Part shown: positions 59,119 to 64,000 of the stretch, in pieces
How the letters are laid out: each line of letters starts with the position of its first letter
Numbering within the stretch: position 1 is the first letter of the stretch
From: Candidatus Helarchaeota archaeon
Lineage (GTDB): Archaea; Asgardarchaeota; Lokiarchaeia; Helarchaeales; RDOG01
Assembly: GCA_019058315.1 (NCBI GenBank)
Contig: JAHPZH010000004.1
Location: 160,001 to 224,000 of the forward strand
DNA length: 64,000 nucleotides
Reading direction: 5' to 3'
Translations under genes and position numbers: made by a program
The notes under the pieces: generated by a model
Database searches by the model: none
What the model was told of the DNA's origin: nothing
Seen by the model: only the letters and a program-made list of their open reading frames with translations

Positions 59119-62100
59119 TTAAAAATTATCGTCAATTTTTTCTAAAGTGTCTAAAATTTCTTTTCTTTTCTTAGGATCTAGACCGGCTAATTCCTCTAAT
59201 ATGTCTAGCTTTTCGGATTCGTTAGGAATGTCTAGGTTCATGATTCGAATTATTTCCTCCTTGGATAACATTGTAAATTCTTGTTTGAAAAAGTCCTTAA
59301 GAACTTCATCTTCAACATCGTGTATGGGTACAACTGTTCTTCCAACATCCGGTGTTCTTTTTACAACCTTTTTGGGTTTTCTTCTAGCTATTCCTAAAAT
59401 TATTGCAAATAAACCAACGGCTATTGATGCAAAGACAATTAAGATTAAAATTAAATTATCTCCTGCCCCTACTAGTGGTGGTAGAAAAAGTATACCTTCT
59501 GCTGCTGTAATTGGTGCTATAGCATAATATGAAAGATTTGTGGTAAACCATTCTAAGTAATTTCCAGTAGTATTTAATGTGGCATTTAATTCTATCCACT
59601 TTGTGATATTAAAATAGAATATCCTTAAATCAGTCTCACTAATATTAAGAGCTGATTCGTTATAGTATAATTTCATAGTTGCATTTAATAGTGCTGTTGG
59701 ATTCTGTAAAGTAAATCCAAAAATACCTAAAAAGTCTGGAAGAGAAGTTCCAGTTGGATTACTAGTATAATAACTCATATTTATATTGGTATCAATTGAG
59801 ACAAAAATTCGAAGTTCGCATACTATATTACCTTTAGAGTCTGTTAAGTATACTATATTTTCTTGACCTGCAATAAGTCCTTGTGGAGTGTTATTTGAAT
59901 TCTGTAGAACTGTAAATGTTATTGTCAAATTTTTTCTTAATCCTACTGAATCATTTACTGATATTCTTAATGCAATTAAACCATTTGGAAGATAGCTTGA
60001 GTTGATAAATCTAAAATTACCCCAATTATTTCCACTTGGATCTACAGATAATGTAAAATTGGTATTATTAATAGTGACCGTACTAATTAAGCTTCCCGTT
60101 CCATTTACAAATCCTTCAATTTGATAATTATTTCCTACTTGAATTGTATCATTAAACATTGGGGTAGTTATTTGTATTGTAGGATTGATATTGTCAATAT
60201 AGAACCATCGAGTAGTTAAAGTATTCAATCCCGTAGAATCAGTAACATTTACTAAAATTGAAATAATACCGTCTACGATTATAGTGTTATTTCTAAATTC
60301 ATAAGCACCAGAAGGTGTTCCAGAAGGATCCGTGAAGATTGTGAATCTTGAATCATTAATTAGAACTGATGTAATATTAGACCCAGTACCGTCTACATTA
60401 CCACTAACTGATATTATATTCCCCGTATCAAAATCTCCATTTGAAGCTGGATCTGTAATTATTACAGTTGGGGCAGTATTGTCAATATAAAACCAACGGT
60501 TATTTGTTGTAGTTAAGCCAATAGAATCGGTTACATTAACTAGGACTGATATTAAGCCATCTGTAACAAATGTATTATTTCTAAATTCAAAAACTCCTGA
60601 AATAGAACCTGCGGGGTTGATAAAAAGAGTAAATCTTGAATCGTTAATCATTACTGATATAATATTTGATGCTGTTCCATTTGCAAAGCCAGTAATTGTA
60701 ATTGTATTTCCAGAATCTATTTGACCGTTTGAAATTGGATCTGTAATCGAAATATTTGGTGGAGAATTATCAACTCTAAACCATCTTGTAGTTGAGATTG
60801 TCAAGTTTGCACTATCTGTAATATTGACTTCGATTGAGATTACACCGTCTGAGACATATGAATTATTTGTGAATGTGTAGAAACCAGAAGGGCTTCCCGT
60901 TGGATCGCCTACAAGATTAAATCTAGAATCGTTTATCATAACAGATTGAATATTAGAACCCGTCCCATCTACCCAACCACTTACTAATATAGTGTTACCA
61001 GTAACTACGAGCCCATTTGCAGCTGGATTAATTATTGAAATAGTAGGTAGAGTATTATCAATAATAAACCATCTAACCATGCTATCTATAAGCCCTCCGG
61101 TATTATTAAGGGTCACATTAACTGCTATTATGCCATCCGGGATAAAGCTGTTATTTTCAAAGCCATAATTACCAAATCCAGTTCCAGAAGGGTCGATGGT
61201 AAGAATAAAACGGCTATCATTGATCCAAATAGTATCTATATTAACCCCACCACCATCAGCAGTACCGTTTATTGTTATATTGGTACCTGTGTCAATATCA
61301 CTATTTGCGGTTGGGTGATCTATGGTTACACTTGGACCAATAATATACGTAAACCACCAGATTATAGAATTCGTTAAATTAGCGGAATCGGTTACATTTG
61401 CTTCGACTGATACAGTTCCTAAATTAATGAAACTATTATTAGTAAAGATATAAGGTCCTGAAGCTGTTCCTGCCGGATCTGTAGTCAATATAAACCTTGA
61501 ATCATTAATTTGAACTGAAAGGATGTTAGATCCTGTTCCATCAACTGTTCCCTCAATAGTAACAGAAGATCCACTATCCGTTGTTCCATTTGGAAAAGGG
61601 TTAGTTATGGCAATTGTCGGATTTGTATTATCGAGATTAAACCACCTTGATAATGAAGTTGTTAAACTAGCAGTATCTGTGACATTAACAGTAATTGAAA
61701 TGATGCCATCTGGAATATATGTATTGTTATTAAATGCATAGTTTCCTGAAGGAGAACCTGTCGGATCAACTACAATAGTAAATCTGGAATCATTAATCAT
61801 TAATGATAGGATGTTAGACCCGGTACCATCTGCAGTCCCATTTACCCATATGTCAACTCCTGTATCAACATCGCCATCCGAAGCAGGATCAGCAATTGAA
61901 ATCATAGGATAAGTGTTATCAATATCAAACCATCTTGTTGCAAAATCTGTTAGATTTGCACTGTCTGTTACGTTGACTTCAACTGCTATATTACCATCTG
62001 GAATATAGGAATTGTTATTAAATGCATAGCTTCCTGATGGGGAGCCTGATGGATCAATGAAGATTGTAAATCGGGAGTCATTAATCATTACGGAAAGAAT

Positions 62101-64000
62101 ATTTGAACCAGTCCCATCAGTTGTTCCATTTATCCAGATAATCGCACCTGTATCCATGTCTCCATCAGAAGTTGGATCTGTTATTGAAATAGTGGGATCA
62201 GTATTGTCAATATCAAACCATCGAGTAGTAGAAGTTGTTAATCCTGCCGTATCGGTGACATTAACTAATACTCCAATATTTCCATCAGCAAGAAAAGTGT
62301 TATTGCGAAATTCATAAGCTCCAGAAGGAGTTCCTGATGGATCAGTGAAAATAGTAAATCGTGAATCATTAATCATGACTGATACTATATTAGAACCGGT
62401 ACCATCTGTGTTACCACTTACTGATATTATAGCTCCGGTATCAATATCTCCATCAGATGTGGGATCTGTAATTGTAATTGTAGGATTGGTGTTGTCTATA
62501 TCAAACCATCTTGTAGTAGATGTGGTCAAACCTGCAGAATCGGTTACATTAACTAAAATTGCTATATTTCCATCAGGAATTAATGTGTTATTTCTAAATT
62601 GATATGCCCCTGAGGGAGTTCCAGAAGGATTTATGAAAATAGTAAATCTAGAATCATTAATCATAACTGATACAATATTAGTACCAGTTCCATTTACATT
62701 GCCGCTTATTGAAATAATGGTTCCTGTATCTATATCACCATCTGATGCGGGATCTGTTATTGAAATAGTCGGATAGGTGTTATCTATATCAAACCATCTT
62801 GTAGTAGAAACGGTCAAGCCTGCAGAATCTGTCACATTAACAAGAACTCCGATATTTCCGTCTGGTATGAATGTGTTATTTCTGAATTCATAGGCTCCAG
62901 AAGGAGTACCCGAAGGATCCGTGAAAATAGTGAATCGAGTATCATTAATCATGACTGATACTATATTAGATCCAGTTCCATTGGCATTACCGCTGACTGA
63001 TATTATTATACCAGTATCAATAACTCCATCAGAAGCAGGATCCGTGATTGAAATGGTTGGATAGGTGTTATCTATATCAAACCAGCGAGTTATTGATATC
63101 GTTAGAGGTGCGGAATTAGTCACATTAACCTCGATAGCAACATTTCCATCTGGGATGTATGTGTTGTTTCGAAATTCATACGGTCCTGAGAGAGAACCAG
63201 AGGGATCTGTAAAAATAGTAAATCTAGAATCATTTATCATGACTGATATTATGTTTGAACCAGTTCCATCCGCATTACCGCTTATTGATATTATGGCTCC
63301 TGAATCTACATCTCCATTAGAAGCAGGATCTGTAATTGTAATGGTTGGATAGGTATTGTCTATATTAAACCATCGGGTTGTAGAAGTGGTTAAACCAGCA
63401 GAATCAGTAACATTTACTAGAACTCCAATATTTCCATCTGGAATGAATGTATTATTTCTAAATTCATAAGCCCCAGAAGGAGTTCCAGAAGGATCTGTGA
63501 AAATAGTGAATCGAGAATCATTAATCATAACTGATAAGATATTAGATCCGGTCCCATCAGCATTACCGCTTACTGAAACTATGGCTCCTGAATCTACAGC
63601 TCCATCGGAAGCAGGATCCGTGATTGAAATGGTTGGGTAAGTATTGTCAATGTCAAACCAGCGAATAGCAGAAGTGGTTAAACTGGCGGAATCAGTTACA
63701 TTTACCAAAATTGCAATATTTCCATCGGGAATAAATGAATTGTTTCTAAATTCATATGCACCAGAAGGAGTCCCCGAAGGATCCGTGAAAATAGTAAATC
63801 GTGAATCATTTATCATTACAGAGGCAATATTAGATCCAGTTCCATCAGCATTACCGCTTATGGATATTATGGTTCCCGTATCTATATCTCCATCAGATGC
63901 AGGATCGATAATTGAAATGGTTGGATAAGTATTATCAATATCAAACCAGCGCGTTGTAGAAGTGGTTAAACCCGCAGAATCTGTAACATTAACAAGAACC
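59119..64000 (-). CDS. Second giant single-pass surface glycoprotein (5-prime end beyond window) with at least 14 of the same 96-aa repeats
   Basis: The frame continues in repeat sequence to the window edge; juxtamembrane beta domain, TM, RRK and ~85-aa acidic cytoplasmic tail. Confidence 0.9.
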   Translation of the reverse strand, partial: VLVNVTDSAGLTTSTTRWFDIDNTYPTISIIDPASDGDIDTGTIISISGNADGTGSNIASVMINDSRFTIFTDPSGTPSGAYEFRNNSFIPDGNIAILVNVTDSASLTTSAIRWFDIDNTYPTISITDPASDGAVDSGAIVSVSGNADGTGSNILSVMINDSRFTIFTDPSGTPSGAYEFRNNTFIPDGNIGVLVNVTDSAGLTTSTTRWFNIDNTYPTITITDPASNGDVDSGAIISISGNADGTGSNIISVMINDSRFTIFTDPSGSLSGPYEFRNNTYIPDGNVAIEVNVTNSAPLTISITRWFDIDNTYPTISITDPASDGVIDTGIIISVSGNANGTGSNIVSVMINDTRFTIFTDPSGTPSGAYEFRNNTFIPDGNIGVLVNVTDSAGLTVSTTRWFDIDNTYPTISITDPASDGDIDTGTIISISGNVNGTGTNIVSVMINDSRFTIFINPSGTPSGAYQFRNNTLIPDGNIAILVNVTDSAGLTTSTTRWFDIDNTNPTITITDPTSDGDIDTGAIISVSGNTDGTGSNIVSVMINDSRFTIFTDPSGTPSGAYEFRNNTFLADGNIGVLVNVTDTAGLTTSTTRWFDIDNTDPTISITDPTSDGDMDTGAIIWINGTTDGTGSNILSVMINDSRFTIFIDPSGSPSGSYAFNNNSYIPDGNIAVEVNVTDSANLTDFATRWFDIDNTYPMISIADPASDGDVDTGVDIWVNGTADGTGSNILSLMINDSRFTIVVDPTGSPSGNYAFNNNTYIPDGIISITVNVTDTASLTTSLSRWFNLDNTNPTIAITNPFPNGTTDSGSSVTIEGTVDGTGSNILSVQINDSRFILTTDPAGTASGPYIFTNNSFINLGTVSVEANVTDSANLTNSIIWWFTYIIGPSVTIDHPTANSDIDTGTNITINGTADGGGVNIDTIWINDSRFILTIDPSGTGFGNYGFENNSFIPDGIIAVNVTLNNTGGLIDSMVRWFIIDNTLPTISIINPAANGLVVTGNTILVSGWVDGTGSNIQSVMINDSRFNLVGDPTGSPSGFYTFTNNSYVSDGVISIEVNITDSANLTISTTRWFRVDNSPPNISITDPISNGQIDSGNTITITGFANGTASNIISVMINDSRFTLFINPAGSISGVFEFRNNTFVTDGLISVLVNVTDSIGLTTTNNRWFYIDNTAPTVIITDPASNGDFDTGNIISVSGNVDGTGSNITSVLINDSRFTIFTDPSGTPSGAYEFRNNTIIVDGIISILVNVTDSTGLNTLTTRWFYIDNINPTIQITTPMFNDTIQVGNNYQIEGFVNGTGSLISTVTINNTNFTLSVDPSGNNWGNFRFINSSYLPNGLIALRISVNDSVGLRKNLTITFTVLQNSNNTPQGLIAGQENIVYLTDSKGNIVCELRIFVSIDTNINMSYYTSNPTGTSLPDFLGIFGFTLQNPTALLNATMKLYYNESALNISETDLRIFYFNITKWIELNATLNTTGNYLEWFTTNLSYYAIAPITAAEGILFLPPLVGAGDNLILILIVFASIAVGLFAIILGIARRKPKKVVKRTPDVGRTVVPIHDVEDEVLKDFFKQEFTMLSKEEIIRIMNLDIPNESEKLDILEELAGLDPKKRKEILDTLEKIDDNF
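59905..64000 (-). repeat. At least 14 tandem 288-bp (96-aa) repeats of the same family as 53285-55012
   Basis: Fourteen INDSRF/INDTRF/INNTNF occurrences at ~96-aa spacing. Confidence 0.92.

Noticed and set aside
53553-63928. Repeated plus-strand and alternate-frame ORFs (53553-54257, 54037-54309, 62057-62317, 63644-63928 etc.)
   Set aside because: Shadow ORFs produced by the codon pattern of the repeat protein; they recur with the repeat period.
53285-64000. 288-bp repeats as diversity-generating retroelement TR/VR pairs
   Set aside because: All copies are in-frame coding units differing mainly at synonymous sites rather than specifically at adenines, and no reverse transcriptase is present.

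Overview
AT-rich archaeal chromosomal window, almost certainly from an Asgard archaeon and probably Lokiarchaeia/Helarchaeales-like. This is inferred from archaeal information-processing genes occurring together with eukaryotic-signature proteins: an OSTC/DC2-like OST subunit, a eukaryote-type STT3, three small-GTPase-fold proteins including a Rag-like GTPase-roadblock fusion, a roadblock, a longin/uDENN-like protein, a RING protein and a ubiquitin-like protein. Core content is the RPA-PCNA-PriL-PriS-GINS-L44e-S27e-aIF2alpha cluster, topA, radB, tfs/rpoL/csl4, pan, nac, alba, nop10, eno, dcd, galK, mptE and an orphan fwdDB pair. The right end holds two giant surface glycoproteins built from the same 96-aa (288-bp) repeat. 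I saw no rRNA, tRNA, CRISPR array, transposase, integrase or reverse transcriptase. Best leads: (1) pan has no in-frame canonical start for its coiled coil (ATA initiation, a -1 frameshift at A-AAA-AAG, or an assembly error); (2) a ~100-nt three-way-junction RNA leader precedes alba; (3) an ABC ATPase carries five PCI/UFL1/DDRGK-like winged helices; (4) a TrmB-like protein has an 8x35 + 8x37-aa helical rod; (5) a UBL gene shares a tandem palindromic operator with a divergent wHTH gene; (6) AglB has eight extra Ig-like domains; (7) the surface proteins have receptor-like ends (half-longin tail, GPS/ZU5-like motif). All family calls come from motif recognition by eye; no searches were run.
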